Assembly (NCBI GenBank): GCA_014238335.1
Contig: JABABI010000035.1
Coordinates: forward strand, 2,361 to 66,360
DNA length: 64,000 bases
Direction of reading: 5' to 3'
Source of the DNA: Fuerstiella sp.
Lineage (GTDB): Bacteria > Planctomycetota > Planctomycetia > Planctomycetales > Planctomycetaceae
Part shown: positions 19,577 to 30,515 of the stretch, one piece after another
Numbering within the stretch: the first letter of the stretch is position 1
Layout: every line of letters starts with the position of its first letter
Translations under genes and position numbers: made by a program
Notes under the pieces: model-generated
Database searches by the model: none
What the model was told of the DNA's origin: nothing
The model's input: the letters and a program-made list of their open reading frames with translations, nothing else

Positions 19577-22500
19577 TTATTCACTCGGGAGCACGAGAAT
19601 TCGCGCACGTCGTACGGAAAGCTGAGGGTCAGCGCGACGCAGATCGGCCACGAGACCCACTCGACCCGCAGTCAGCTCAGCAATCTGCGCCTGCGAAACC
19701 AGCGTACCGTTAATACGGACTACGACTCCAGGTCCGTCAACCACCACTTCCACCGCATTGGCATGTCTGGTCGATAACGAGAGTCCGGAATTGCTGGATT
19801 CGTTATAGACAGTCATTCCAGGAAAGCCCTGTATCTGACCCATCGCAGATGGATTCAGCACGACACTAAACGCCGTTAAACCCGTTGCCGTCGCCCCGGT
19901 TGCTCCGGTTGCCCCGAACATGAAATGTGCTGCATTGGATGTGGGCAGCAGCGCGAACCGAACGACAAATCGATCCACCTGCTGCGACCGATCAAGAAAA
20001 GCGATGGTTCCCGGCAGTGTAGACGTCATCAGCTGAACCGTACCATCCTCAATATTCCACAATTCTCTGCCAATGACGGCCGGGGGCAGGGTATCCGACT
20101 GAACGTAGACCAGAGCACTCGGCTGCACAAACAGGTCCTGAAACTGCCAGCGACCCAACAGCCCGGCTAACTGGCCCGATTTGATTTCAATCGTTGCTTC
20201 AGCAGATTCCGCGGCCAGTTCTTTCGCCAGCCCTGCTGCGTCCGTTACGTCTTTGACCAGCTGGACTGCCGCACCCTGAGCGTTCGTGCTGCGAACCAGT
20301 AATTTCAGACTACCCAGAATTTTGTCCGCGAGTTCAAAGTTGCCGGCCTTCGTCGCAGCCAGCCCCAGTCGCAGGCCATGTTCAACTACTGATTCCTGCT
20401 GCTGTAAGCTCAGGCCGGTACGACGAAACGCTTTGAAGATAGTCGCCGCGGTCTCTAACTCATTCGTTTCGTAACGCAGTGCTCGTAGACGCGCTGTTTC
20501 CAGCTGAATATCTGTGGCCCGCGATTTCGCGGCCAGGTCCTGATCGATCAGCTGCAGCAGCGCGACGTCGGTCGCGCCCGCTTTGGACGTGTAGCATTTT
20601 TCCAGCAGATGTTTGGCCAGCTGTGTTCGCTGTTGAGTCGTGCGCGCCTTGATCAGCTGCTTATCGTACGTCTTCTTAAGCTCCACCAGCGCGGCTTCGA
20701 CTTCCTCCTCAGTTGGAAGTCCGTTGCCCGGTTGCGGAGTCGGTGACGCGACATCAATTTCCAGCAGCACGAAACCGTCCAGACTGCGCGAACGACCGGG
20801 CGGCAGTGATTCCAGCTTTGCGGTCAGCGAAATCTTCACCAGCCCTGAGCCATCCTCAGGAACCATCCAGTGAATGTTGCAGTTGCCGGCATCGGAGGAA
20901 ATCGAAAAACCCGATGGTGTTCGCGGGCCGGTTTCAATGACACGCACAAACTGTCGACTAAGTCTCTTCAATGCCGCATTTTTTGGTAGCTGAAACTCAT
21001 AAGATTGTCCGGCGGTCGCTTTCTGAGGAGAAATTTCGGGCAGCACATGGCGAATGTGAGTCGGCATCACATTGATCTCCAGAGTCGCAGTATCACGTGA
21101 CTCCAGGTCACCTTTTTTGAAGACAGCGACCTGAACATTGTGCCGTCCCAGATCAGCCAGCGTCGGCTTCCAGTGAAACTCGCCTGACGATTCTTCAATC
21201 GTCAGGCCCTGCGGATTGCTGCCTTCCAGGCGGTACTGCAACGCAAAGGCCGCCGCAATTTCCGGTGCGACGGCAAAAGACCGGCTGTTCTGCTGCTCGG
21301 GAACGAATTCGATTGGCATTATTTCGGGCAGTTTGATCGACGCAGGTCCAACACCGACCGTCATGTTGATCTCTGTTTCCGCGATTACCGCATCCTGACC
21401 ATCAACTGACTGCACGAGATTCAGCCGAATTGTGTACGGACCGGTCGTCTGACCCACTGGAACCTGCCATTGAAGCACGCCGGTGTCGTGAGTCATATCA
21501 ACGCCCCCCGGCGCAGACCCACCAACTTCGATACAAACCTCACCATCGCCCTCAGACACCTCAATCTTCGGGCGGTAAACCCAGAGCTCACCCGTCCTGG
21601 CCAAATCCACCGGCGATTCCAGGAACCTGCCTTTGGCAATCTGCGGCTGGACCGGCAGCAAATTCGTTCCTGACGGTCCGGGTGCCACATCGGGGTCTTT
21701 GTTTCCGCCGTCCCGAATCAGAAGCAAGGCAATAATGATGACCGCAACAACGGATCCGCTACCGAGAACCCCGAGTCCGGCCTTTTGTTTGCGTCGCGGT
21801 CGTACCTGATGGCTGGTCGCTGGTGGCGCGGAAACGCTGATGTTAGGGAAAGGTGCAATTTCCGTTTCCACAAATTCGCCGACATCAGTCGCCAGCATCA
21901 GGTCCACAACGCTTCCGTCTCCGACTGCCTGAAGAAACTGCCTGTACGTGTGGTCCAATTCGTCTACCTCGTTTTCATCGCCTGCCGGTTCACTGATGTC
22001 CATATCGACATCGTTGGAGGCCGCTTTTGCCGCCGCTCGCAGAGCCTGCCGCTTCAGCGGCTCACACAACGGCTCAAGTGCAGTTACCAGCTCGGCGGGC
22101 GTCTGATACCGCCCGTCCGCATTGCGAGCTGTCATTTTCGACACGACGTCCGCGACGTCTGACGGTATGTCGTCACAGACGGTCAGCACCGACGGAGTGT
22201 CGCGCTGCAGACGCTGACTCAGAACCTGCAGCGGATTCGTGCCGTGAAACGGAATCTGTCCGGTGAGCAGTCGAAAGAAAGTGCAGCCCAGGCTGTAAAT
22301 GTCGCTGCGAATGTCGACCTGACTTGTGTCCCAGCCCTGTTCCGGCGACATGTAGTCCGGTGTGCCCATCACCTGGCCGGCGCGAGTCACCGTTTTCTCC
22401 TCAGCGTCGTCAGCCATCAACAGGACCAGCCCCATGTCCATCAACTTCACAATGCCGTCACCGGAATCTTTCCAGTGCACCATCATGTTGCCGGGCTTTA

Positions 22501-23083
22501 TGTCACGATGAACCATTTTGCGTTCGTGAGCGTGCTGCAGTCCGGCAGCAACCTGTCGGATAATGTCGCAGGCCATTCCCACAGGCACACGACCAAGGCG
22601 CGTCGCAATTCGGTCGACCTGATCGCCGTTGACGTACTCCATCACCATGAAGTCGATTTTTCCGACACGGCCGGCGTCCAGTGTTCGAACGATGTGGGGA
22701 CTCTGGAGTTGTGAAGTGGCACGAATTTCTCTGCGAAATCGAGAAACAAGTGTCTTGTTGCCGGTCAGTTTTCGGGCCATAACCTTCACAGCAACGACGT
22801 CGCTCGTTTGGGTATTGCGGCCTCGAAAAACATGCCCCATACCGCCTCGGCCGACGGGATTCAGCAACTGATAGTGTTGCAGAACAAGTCCGGACTGTCC
22901 CTTCAACAGCTGTTTGGCCTGCCACTGCGTCAGATGCTTCTGACCGACCAGCACGCTGGCCAGACCATCGGCCGTCAACGAGTTGTCTGCCAGTTGCTTT
23001 TTCAGCCGCTGAAACTGCGCATCTGTCAACAACTGGCTTTGTTCCAGGCTGCTCAGAAACTGAGGAATCGTCGGCTTGGACAT
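19577..23083 (-). CDS. Membrane Ser/Thr protein kinase with extracellular Ig-like repeats
   Basis: GRGGMGHV, VAVKVM, HRDIKPGN, DMG, GTPDYMSPEQ motifs; a single TM (VVAVIIIALLLI); then repeats such as GVLQWQVP, GEFHWKP and NIHWMVP. Confidence 0.92.
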   Translation of the reverse strand: MSKPTIPQFLSSLEQSQLLTDAQFQRLKKQLADNSLTADGLASVLVGQKHLTQWQAKQLLKGQSGLVLQHYQLLNPVGRGGMGHVFRGRNTQTSDVVAVKVMARKLTGNKTLVSRFRREIRATSQLQSPHIVRTLDAGRVGKIDFMVMEYVNGDQVDRIATRLGRVPVGMACDIIRQVAAGLQHAHERKMVHRDIKPGNMMVHWKDSGDGIVKLMDMGLVLLMADDAEEKTVTRAGQVMGTPDYMSPEQGWDTSQVDIRSDIYSLGCTFFRLLTGQIPFHGTNPLQVLSQRLQRDTPSVLTVCDDIPSDVADVVSKMTARNADGRYQTPAELVTALEPLCEPLKRQALRAAAKAASNDVDMDISEPAGDENEVDELDHTYRQFLQAVGDGSVVDLMLATDVGEFVETEIAPFPNISVSAPPATSHQVRPRRKQKAGLGVLGSGSVVAVIIIALLLIRDGGNKDPDVAPGPSGTNLLPVQPQIAKGRFLESPVDLARTGELWVYRPKIEVSEGDGEVCIEVGGSAPGGVDMTHDTGVLQWQVPVGQTTGPYTIRLNLVQSVDGQDAVIAETEINMTVGVGPASIKLPEIMPIEFVPEQQNSRSFAVAPEIAAAFALQYRLEGSNPQGLTIEESSGEFHWKPTLADLGRHNVQVAVFKKGDLESRDTATLEINVMPTHIRHVLPEISPQKATAGQSYEFQLPKNAALKRLSRQFVRVIETGPRTPSGFSISSDAGNCNIHWMVPEDGSGLVKISLTAKLESLPPGRSRSLDGFVLLEIDVASPTPQPGNGLPTEEEVEAALVELKKTYDKQLIKARTTQQRTQLAKHLLEKCYTSKAGATDVALLQLIDQDLAAKSRATDIQLETARLRALRYETNELETAATIFKAFRRTGLSLQQQESVVEHGLRLGLAATKAGNFELADKILGSLKLLVRSTNAQGAAVQLVKDVTDAAGLAKELAAESAEATIEIKSGQLAGLLGRWQFQDLFVQPSALVYVQSDTLPPAVIGRELWNIEDGTVQLMTSTLPGTIAFLDRSQQVDRFVVRFALLPTSNAAHFMFGATGATGATATGLTAFSVVLNPSAMGQIQGFPGMTVYNESSNSGLSLSTRHANAVEVVVDGPGVVVRINGTLVSQAQIAELTAGRVGLVADLRRADPQLSVRRARILVLPSE

Positions 23084-23615
23084 TGTGAATGGGGGCTCGT
23101 TGACTTCGTTACAATGGTCAACACGATTAAGACTCAGCGATTGGTCACAATCAAGACGGACTGACGCGAGGAGAGTCACACAGTATCCTAACGAATTACT
23201 AATCCACGGTGTATCAACGTCCAATTTGCAGAACCCCGAAATCGCAGAGTCCCAATCTTTTTCTGAAGTCCGGGGCTCTTCTGCCCGTGACTTGCCGACA
23301 AACCATGCAAATTATGGCCGAACGAGGGTTTTGCGGCGTGGTGACGTTGCAGCACTGTCTTTGTTTGCTGTAGTACACGGTTGAGGCGGTGACGACCTCG
23401 AACGGATGTTGAAGCCTCGGTCTGAAACTTCCATTTGGGACCATTTGTCGTGGATGTTCTTGTTCACCTGCGGGCGATCACAGACCGCGATGCAGAGCCC
23501 TGAGAAATGGTGTTCCCAGGCCGAAGTCCGGAAACAGTTTATATCTTAGAATTCGAACTGACCGTCGGAGACGGCTCGATTTTGGTGGTGGTGGTGCCGC
23601 ATTCGGAAGGGTGAA

Positions 23616-24887
23616 ATGGAACGAATTTTTATCTCGGGACTCGGTTTTGCTACGTGTTTGGGGAATGACCGTGAAACCTTCTGGAACAATCTGACCTCGG
23701 GTGTCTGTGGTCTGGACACACTGAAAATCCACGACACCACTGACCTGCCTGTCGATATTGGCGGTGAAGTGCTGGAACTTGATGCGTCCCGCATTAACGT
23801 CAACGACCTGGTGGCCATGAAAAAGATGGACCGAGCCAGTCAGTTTGCGGTGCTGGCGGCTCACGAAGCACTGGAAGATGCCGGGCTGCCGACGACCGAC
23901 GTTGGCGAAAACGCAGCTGTGATTCTGGGCGCCGGACTTGCCGGACTTGAGACCTACGAGTTCCAGATGGAACGACTGCTGACCAGGGGACCGTCACGAG
24001 TCAGTCCGTTCACGATTCCCATGCTGATGCCGAACGCGCCTCCGGGCAACGTCAGTCTGGCATTCGGAATTCAGGGAACGGCCTATACGACCAGCAGTGC
24101 CTGTTCGTCGTCGGGTCATGCGATGATCGACGCCATGCACTATCTTCGCCGTGGCGACGCCGACTTTGTGGTCACGGGCGGAACAGAAGCGTCATTGACT
24201 CGGCTGGGCATCGCGTCGTTTTCGAACATGAAAGCCATGTGCCGAAATCGCAACGACGACCCAAAGAGTGCTATGCGGCCGTTCGACACCGACCGATCCG
24301 GGTTCATTATGGCCGAAGGGTCTTCGATTCTGATTTTCGAAACAGAAACCCACCTTCGTAAACGCGGCGGAACCGCATGGGCCGAAGTGATCAGCGGTGC
24401 GTCGACAAGCGATTCCTACCACCTTGTGCAGCCGGATCCTGAGGGTCGTAAAGCGATCGTGGCAATCACCAAAGCGCTGGAAGCGGCCCAGCTTAACCCG
24501 GCGGACATCGCCGATCAGGCTTATGTCAGTGCTCATGGCACCAGCACCCAGTTCAACGACAGCATGGAAACTGTCGCCTTGAAAAAAATCTTTGGCGATG
24601 ACGCACAGAAGCTGCAGATCAGTTCCGTCAAAAGCATGCTGGGACACATGATCGGTGCCGCCTGTGCCGTGGAAATGTCCGCCTGTTCGATGGCACTGGC
24701 CAATGGACTGCTCCCTCCGACCATCAACTACGAGACACCGGATCCGGACTGCGACCTGAACTACATTCCAAATACGGCAATCGAAAAGAATGTTCGTTTT
24801 GCCATCAACAACAGCTTCGGGTTCGGCGGACACAACGTCTCTTTGGTCATCAAGAAAGTTGAAGATGACGACCTGAAACGCTGCTGA
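23616..24887 (+). CDS. fabF: 3-oxoacyl-ACP synthase II
   Basis: SACSSSG (catalytic Cys), SAHGTST, KSMLGHMIGA, NSFGFGGHN. Confidence 0.92.
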   Translation: MERIFISGLGFATCLGNDRETFWNNLTSGVCGLDTLKIHDTTDLPVDIGGEVLELDASRINVNDLVAMKKMDRASQFAVLAAHEALEDAGLPTTDVGENAAVILGAGLAGLETYEFQMERLLTRGPSRVSPFTIPMLMPNAPPGNVSLAFGIQGTAYTTSSACSSSGHAMIDAMHYLRRGDADFVVTGGTEASLTRLGIASFSNMKAMCRNRNDDPKSAMRPFDTDRSGFIMAEGSSILIFETETHLRKRGGTAWAEVISGASTSDSYHLVQPDPEGRKAIVAITKALEAAQLNPADIADQAYVSAHGTSTQFNDSMETVALKKIFGDDAQKLQISSVKSMLGHMIGAACAVEMSACSMALANGLLPPTINYETPDPDCDLNYIPNTAIEKNVRFAINNSFGFGGHNVSLVIKKVEDDDLKRC

Positions 24888-24931
24888 CCCGGCGAATGTT
24901 AATCAGTGAACGGTGGTGCGGTTAAACGGAG

Positions 24932-25861
24932 ATGAACATGTTAACAGGCAGCAAACCCATGAGAATCGCCGTCAGTGGAGCTTCGGGACTGGTCGGCTCG
25001 GCTCTGTGCCCGCTTCTGACTCAACAGGGTCACCAGGTGGTCGCGATCAGACGTGGCGACGGTGGCTCATATGAAGATTCGATTCGCTGGGATCCAAATT
25101 CGGGCCTGACAAATCCGGCTCGGCTGGAATCCATTGACGCCATCGTGCACCTTGCCGGCGAAAACGTAGGCGAAGGTCGCTGGAACGACGCGAAGAAACG
25201 ACGAATTCGCAGCAGTCGCGTCGATGGAACAGGAAGTCTGGTGCGATCAATCGCTGCCGTGGAGAAACGTCCACGGGTTCTGGTTTGTGCTTCCGCAATT
25301 GGTTTCTACGGAGATCGCGGAGCAATGGAGATGGAGGAATCGTCGGCAGCCGGCAGCGACTTCCTGGCCGATGTGTGCGAGCAATGGGAAGCGGAAGCCA
25401 GCGCCGCGATAGAGCTCGGCGTGCGAGTTGTCAACGTCAGGATCGGTGTGGTTCTCAGCCCGAAGGGAGGCGCCCTGGCAAAAATGCTGCTGCCATTCAA
25501 GCTGGGACTGGGTGGCATCGTGGGTCCGGGCACTCAGTACTGGAGCTGGATTGGACTCAACGATCTGACCCGCATTATTGCGTTCTGCCTTGCTGACGAT
25601 GCGGTCAGCGGACCTGTGAATGCCGTCAGTCCTGAATCATCGACCAACAGGGAATTCACGGCGGCCGTCGGTCACGTGCTGCATCGTCCGACCGTCATTC
25701 CAATGCCCGGCTTCGTGGCAAAACTTATGCTCGGTGAAATGGCGACAACACTGTTGCTGGCCAGCACCCGCGTACTACCGAAACAATTACAGGCCCACGG
25801 GTTTGAATTCGAACAGCCGGGGCTGGTGGACTGTCTGCAGCACGAACTCAACTGCGTATGA
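24932..25861 (+). CDS. TIGR01777 family NAD-dependent epimerase/oxidoreductase (DUF1731)
   Basis: GASGLVG, HLAGENV, CASAIGFYGDRG, RIGVVL, GPVNAVSP. Confidence 0.92.
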   Translation: MNMLTGSKPMRIAVSGASGLVGSALCPLLTQQGHQVVAIRRGDGGSYEDSIRWDPNSGLTNPARLESIDAIVHLAGENVGEGRWNDAKKRRIRSSRVDGTGSLVRSIAAVEKRPRVLVCASAIGFYGDRGAMEMEESSAAGSDFLADVCEQWEAEASAAIELGVRVVNVRIGVVLSPKGGALAKMLLPFKLGLGGIVGPGTQYWSWIGLNDLTRIIAFCLADDAVSGPVNAVSPESSTNREFTAAVGHVLHRPTVIPMPGFVAKLMLGEMATTLLLASTRVLPKQLQAHGFEFEQPGLVDCLQHELNCV

Positions 25862-26274
25862 ATACAACGTACTCAACTCTGCGCTGGCAAGGCCTGATCC
25901 TGAAGGCAGCGTGTCTTCACTGTGTGCTGTGGGGAGTCTTCATCATGGCTCTGCCGGCATCATCGGCCAAAGTCTACGGTTTTTCAGAAACGCCTCATGA
26001 AATCCACCTGTGGCAGGGCACGGGATTGTTCATCACTCTGCTGGGCGTCGGTTATGGCCTGGCTTCCACAGACCCTCGAAAACACTGGGGCATTGTGCTG
26101 ATCGGATTGCTGGCCAAGGTGTTCGGCGCAACAGGCCTGTGCTGGTCAGTATTGACCGGACAGGTGTCGAGCCACTTACTGTGGCTGGTGCCGTTCAACG
26201 ATGTGATTTGGTTTTGGCCATTCTGGCGAGTCGTGCGCGACGGCATGACCTCTAATGCCCGACCTGTAGACTGA
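25858..26274 (+). CDS. Small multi-TM membrane protein
   Basis: Four hydrophobic segments; ATGA overlap with the upstream gene. Confidence 0.7.
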   Translation: MNTTYSTLRWQGLILKAACLHCVLWGVFIMALPASSAKVYGFSETPHEIHLWQGTGLFITLLGVGYGLASTDPRKHWGIVLIGLLAKVFGATGLCWSVLTGQVSSHLLWLVPFNDVIWFWPFWRVVRDGMTSNARPVD

Positions 26275-26376
26275 CGATTCGACGGCTCTGATTGACCTAA
26301 CGTCTTATTGCCTGATCCATGTCGCGGTCGAGTCGCGATTAGCGACCAACGGGAGCGGGCCATCAGCTTCCGGGCG

Positions 26377-27279
26377 TCAGCCCGTATTGGCTGGCGGGCC
26401 GTTCTGCCTCCAGGCTCGAATGATCGCACTGTTGTCGAGTTCACCGTTGCCTGCAGCTTCAACTGATTCCAGCAGTTGCTGGTGCAGGGACGACAATGGC
26501 AAGTCGCTGTCGGAAGCATTCGCCAGGTTCAGAATCAGTCGCACATCTTTCAGGTGCTGGCTCAGTTTTGCCTGCGGCTCGAAGTCTTCGTCAATCATCT
26601 TCCTGGCTTTGGCATCCATCACCGTTGAATAGGCAGCTCCGGATTTCAATACGTCCAGCACAAGATTCAGATCCAGGCCCAGCGACTTCGCAAAACTCAA
26701 ACCTTCCGCCAAAGCCGCCCGGTTCAGGCCCAGCACAAGATTCGCCACCAGTTTCATCTGTTGACCACTGCCCACTGGCCCAACATGAATAACCTTCGCG
26801 GCAATCGCCTCCAGCACCGGCCGAACACGCTGAAACGGTTCCGCTGCAGATCCCACCATGAACACGGCGTTTCCTGCCCGAGTCACGTCGCTGGAACCCA
26901 GCACTGACGCATCCAGCAAATTGACCTCTGCACCTGCCAGACGTGCCGCCAGCTCGGACGTCCTGTCCGGCTCACCCGTGGTCGTATCGATCAGAGTAGT
27001 GCCCGGTTTCAGGTTAGGAATCATGTCGGCCAGAACCTGCTCCACCACATCCGAGTTTGGCAGACACAGCACAATTGGATCTGCGACCGCTGCAATGTCA
27101 CCGATCTTAAGCACTGAGCAGCCACCGTTCTCTGTAAACGCGTGTTGCGCCTCTGGTGCCGGATCAAAACCGCAGAGCGAACAACCAGCTGCCAACAGGC
27201 GGTCCGCGATGGCTGAGCCCAGCAAACCAATCCCGATGATGCCGACCGTCTTTCCGGCGTTGCCGTCATCAAGTGCCAT
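26377..27279 (-). CDS. NAD(P)-dependent beta-hydroxyacid dehydrogenase (3-hydroxyisobutyrate/tartronate semialdehyde reductase family)
   Basis: GIIGIGLLG, LDASVLGS, GSGQQMKLVAN, LSQHLKDV. Confidence 0.9.
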   Translation of the reverse strand: MALDDGNAGKTVGIIGIGLLGSAIADRLLAAGCSLCGFDPAPEAQHAFTENGGCSVLKIGDIAAVADPIVLCLPNSDVVEQVLADMIPNLKPGTTLIDTTTGEPDRTSELAARLAGAEVNLLDASVLGSSDVTRAGNAVFMVGSAAEPFQRVRPVLEAIAAKVIHVGPVGSGQQMKLVANLVLGLNRAALAEGLSFAKSLGLDLNLVLDVLKSGAAYSTVMDAKARKMIDEDFEPQAKLSQHLKDVRLILNLANASDSDLPLSSLHQQLLESVEAAGNGELDNSAIIRAWRQNGPPANTG

Positions 27280-28687
27280 CAGTCGCCTCGGCATCAACTT
27301 CGTCCATGGATTCGGGCGACTTCGGAACGACCAGAATGATCAACATACCCGCCACGTAAACCCAGCTGGTGAGCGAACCAATCCGAGCATAGTCGTTGTC
27401 CAGGGCCGAGACAAAACCCGAAATCGTGAGCACTACAATCGCTGAGATCACTCGACCGGAATTAAACGAAACACCGCTGCCGGTCGCGCGGACACGCGTT
27501 GGAAACATCTCTGGCAGAAACAATGGCAGCCAGCCAAAATACACCGTCGCGATCATGCCCAGCAGAAACACGGGCAGCATGAACCGCCAGTCAGAGGACG
27601 GTTCCAGTCCGGAAAAAATCACCTGAGCCAGAATCAACGACAGCAGACTGACCACGAAATAGGTCGTCCGGCGACCGAACATTGTCGCCAGCCAGCCACC
27701 ACACAGACTTCCAATCGCTGCACCAATCGCCCAAATCGTCTGAGTATCCGCCTTCAGCGATTCCTGTCCGATTTGAGCACCCACCTGCCCGGCCCACGGC
27801 AAAATCCATTTTTGCGATCCCCATGCTCCCAGCAGCGGAATCGCTCCCAGCGCAATTCCGGCCAGCGTGTAGCGCAGCAAGGGGGGACGAAGCACTTCGG
27901 CCAGCGGGGCAAACTTTCCTGCTGCCGATTTTCCGTCAGCTGACTTCTGCTCGGCCAGCCAGCGAGGCGATTCCGGAACTACAAAATAAACCCACACACC
28001 CAGCACGGCGGGTACTGCGCCCAGCAGCATCAGCCACCGCCAGGCATCCGGTGTGAGTTCATACTGCGGCGACATCTGACCAATCTGTTTGACGACGATA
28101 CTTAGCAGAGCAATGCCGACGTTCGCTGAAGTTCCGATCAGTCCCGCCAGCGTCGGTCGTGAAACATCCGGCCATGCTTCCGAGACCAGGGCGACTCCGG
28201 CCGGCCACATGCCGCCGATTCCCATGCAGGCGACGAATCGCATAACACACATCTGCAGCGGAGTCTGAGCAAAATAGCTGAGCCCTGTGAAGACGGAATA
28301 CCAGACGATACTGAGCGCCATCGCTTTCACTCGTCCCGAATAGTCACCTAACCAGCCGAACACCCAGCCACCCAGTGCCGCTCCAAACAGAAACACAGCG
28401 ATGTAGCGGGCAAACCATTCGCCGACAACTCTGTTCAGTTTATCGGCCGCAGCAGCATCTGCGGCCGTCGGCGCTGAATTTTTCGTTTCCAGAACCACTC
28501 GCGCCCCTGTGACCCAGTCGGTGTGCGCGGGATCGTGCTGCAACATGCCGATCGTTACCGAGCGGGCCGACAACGGCAGCAACGACATTTCCCAACCCGC
28601 AAACATCCAGCCAAGAAATGCACCCAGCAGAATAAGAATTCGCCCACTGCGGCTGATCGTGCCGAGCGATGTTTCGGACTCTGACAT
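27269..28687 (-). CDS. MFS transporter
   Basis: Twelve-TM pattern; GWLGDYSGRVKAM (motif A); EMFPTRVRATGSG. Confidence 0.93.
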   Translation of the reverse strand: MSESETSLGTISRSGRILILLGAFLGWMFAGWEMSLLPLSARSVTIGMLQHDPAHTDWVTGARVVLETKNSAPTAADAAAADKLNRVVGEWFARYIAVFLFGAALGGWVFGWLGDYSGRVKAMALSIVWYSVFTGLSYFAQTPLQMCVMRFVACMGIGGMWPAGVALVSEAWPDVSRPTLAGLIGTSANVGIALLSIVVKQIGQMSPQYELTPDAWRWLMLLGAVPAVLGVWVYFVVPESPRWLAEQKSADGKSAAGKFAPLAEVLRPPLLRYTLAGIALGAIPLLGAWGSQKWILPWAGQVGAQIGQESLKADTQTIWAIGAAIGSLCGGWLATMFGRRTTYFVVSLLSLILAQVIFSGLEPSSDWRFMLPVFLLGMIATVYFGWLPLFLPEMFPTRVRATGSGVSFNSGRVISAIVVLTISGFVSALDNDYARIGSLTSWVYVAGMLIILVVPKSPESMDEVDAEATDGT

Positions 28688-28867
28688 GTGGAATCCTGCA
28701 GCTCTCTGATTCTAATTCGTTTAAACGATTGCCCGGTCTTTCTTTACGGCCGCAACTCCGACATCTGATTCGACAGTACAAGATGTGGCACGCGATGGCT
28801 ATGCTATAGCAGAACATTCCCTCGTCAGCAAATTCCGCGTCAGAAGCTCCTGTCAGGAGAGTCACTC

Positions 28868-30253
28868 ATGCACGCCACTGCCGACCTCACTCACGGTGCC
28901 GCCACAGTTATTAATGTTGCCCAGCATTTTTCCCGCCTGAAAGATCGGGCCACCGAGTTGACGGAACAGATCAACGCGGAAGATCGTGGTTTTTTTACGC
29001 CAACAGAAGATGAGCAGACGCGACATCTGTTGGTTTCCTACTGGCAGTCACGCAACGCGTTATTTGAACTGGTCTCGTCGTTTCATCAGGTCGACCGGTT
29101 CGAACCGGATCAGCAACCACTGGCGTTAATGATCGCATACGCTGGTGCGCTGGTGCTCGTCGACGTGGCACGATTTATAAGAGAAAGCTTCCACCATCTT
29201 CACATTGTGCGAGAAAAATTGAATGAACCCGCACCGCACTTCGGCATCCCCGGTGGCACATACGATCACGTACAAAAGTCACTCACCAGTCCCGTACATG
29301 CATGGCATCTGTATCACGCCCTGACGTTTTTCCGGAAAAACCAGGGCAGGTTACTCGCAACAGCTGCCGACGATCCGGAGCTTCGCGAGGTCCTGAAAAT
29401 TATCGCACGGCTGCAGGATCGACTTGGCATTTCGCCGGAAACGTTCGCGCTGGCCAGAACTCGCGTCCACGCGCGTTCGCTGCGCACGAGCATCGGACGT
29501 AACCTGCTCGGACGGGCGCTGTACGGCCTGCAAAAATACGTCTCCAGTCTGATGGCTGATCGCTACGTGAAGACAGGACATGAACCTGGTCTGCCAACAG
29601 ACATTGATGCTCAACTGGAAAAGGAACTTAAGCCCGGCGACATCATCGTGGTTCGCAAGGAACATGCCTTCACCAACTATTTTCTACCGGGTTACTGGCC
29701 ACACGCCGCTCTGTACATCGGCACCCTGCCGGAACTAAAGAACCTGGGCCTGCATGAACACGAGAACGTTCAATCAAGATGGAACACGATCGAAACGGTC
29801 GACCCGTCACGCGCAGGACGCGTTCTGGAAGCCCTGAAGGACGGCGTGCGAATTCGTTCGGTATCATGTCCGTTTCGCAGCGATGCGGTGGCCATCATTC
29901 GACCACAACTGTCACCGGGTGACGTCGCAGATGCCATCGGTCGAGGCTTCTTTCATGCCGGCAAAGGGTACGACTTCGACTTTGACTTTGCGCGGTCTGA
30001 CAGACTGGTGTGTACAGAAGTCGTTTATCGATCGTACGAAGGAATCGGCGGCATCAGCTTTGAGCTGACGCGACGGGCCGGACGGATGACGCTGGCGGCG
30101 GAAGACCTGCTGCAAAAAGCGATCAACAAAGATGGCATGGCAACGCACGCTGTTTACTGTCCGGCGAAATCCGAAAAAATACTTTTCGGTGATGATGGCG
30201 ATGACGCCCTGCGGAACACGATCGGGCGGAAGTCGGTGTCGGATGAGACATAA
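28868..30253 (+). CDS. YiiX/YaeF-like permuted papain (NlpC/P60, C92 family) hydrolase with N-terminal helical extension
   Basis: LKPGDII, PGYWPHAALYIG (His) upstream of GYDFDF...LVCTEVV (Cys), the permuted order. Confidence 0.85.
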   Translation: MHATADLTHGAATVINVAQHFSRLKDRATELTEQINAEDRGFFTPTEDEQTRHLLVSYWQSRNALFELVSSFHQVDRFEPDQQPLALMIAYAGALVLVDVARFIRESFHHLHIVREKLNEPAPHFGIPGGTYDHVQKSLTSPVHAWHLYHALTFFRKNQGRLLATAADDPELREVLKIIARLQDRLGISPETFALARTRVHARSLRTSIGRNLLGRALYGLQKYVSSLMADRYVKTGHEPGLPTDIDAQLEKELKPGDIIVVRKEHAFTNYFLPGYWPHAALYIGTLPELKNLGLHEHENVQSRWNTIETVDPSRAGRVLEALKDGVRIRSVSCPFRSDAVAIIRPQLSPGDVADAIGRGFFHAGKGYDFDFDFARSDRLVCTEVVYRSYEGIGGISFELTRRAGRMTLAAEDLLQKAINKDGMATHAVYCPAKSEKILFGDDGDDALRNTIGRKSVSDET

Positions 30254-30515
30254 CACGTGGTGTCACCGCTCGATCGCCAGCTGGTGATAGTCGACAGGAA
30301 ACGACCGCATGGTGTCCGGCCAGCGATTGCAAAGTGCGAGTGATCTCGAATAATGATCATACTTCAGGGTCAAAATGCCAGTCGACAGGTGCGCTTCCGT
30401 TGTTCGTTCCACAATTAAACGATTGACTTCGCAACCGGCTTTGGGTAATTTATTTACAAAGGTAATAAACTCGGGCCGGAACGTTTTCCCTTCCACCTAC
30501 CGTAAAGTTCCCTCC

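Noticed and set aside
19885-19918. GATGATGATAT peptide repeat inside the kinase
   Set aside because: A short low-complexity loop with the frame intact; no evidence of phase variation.
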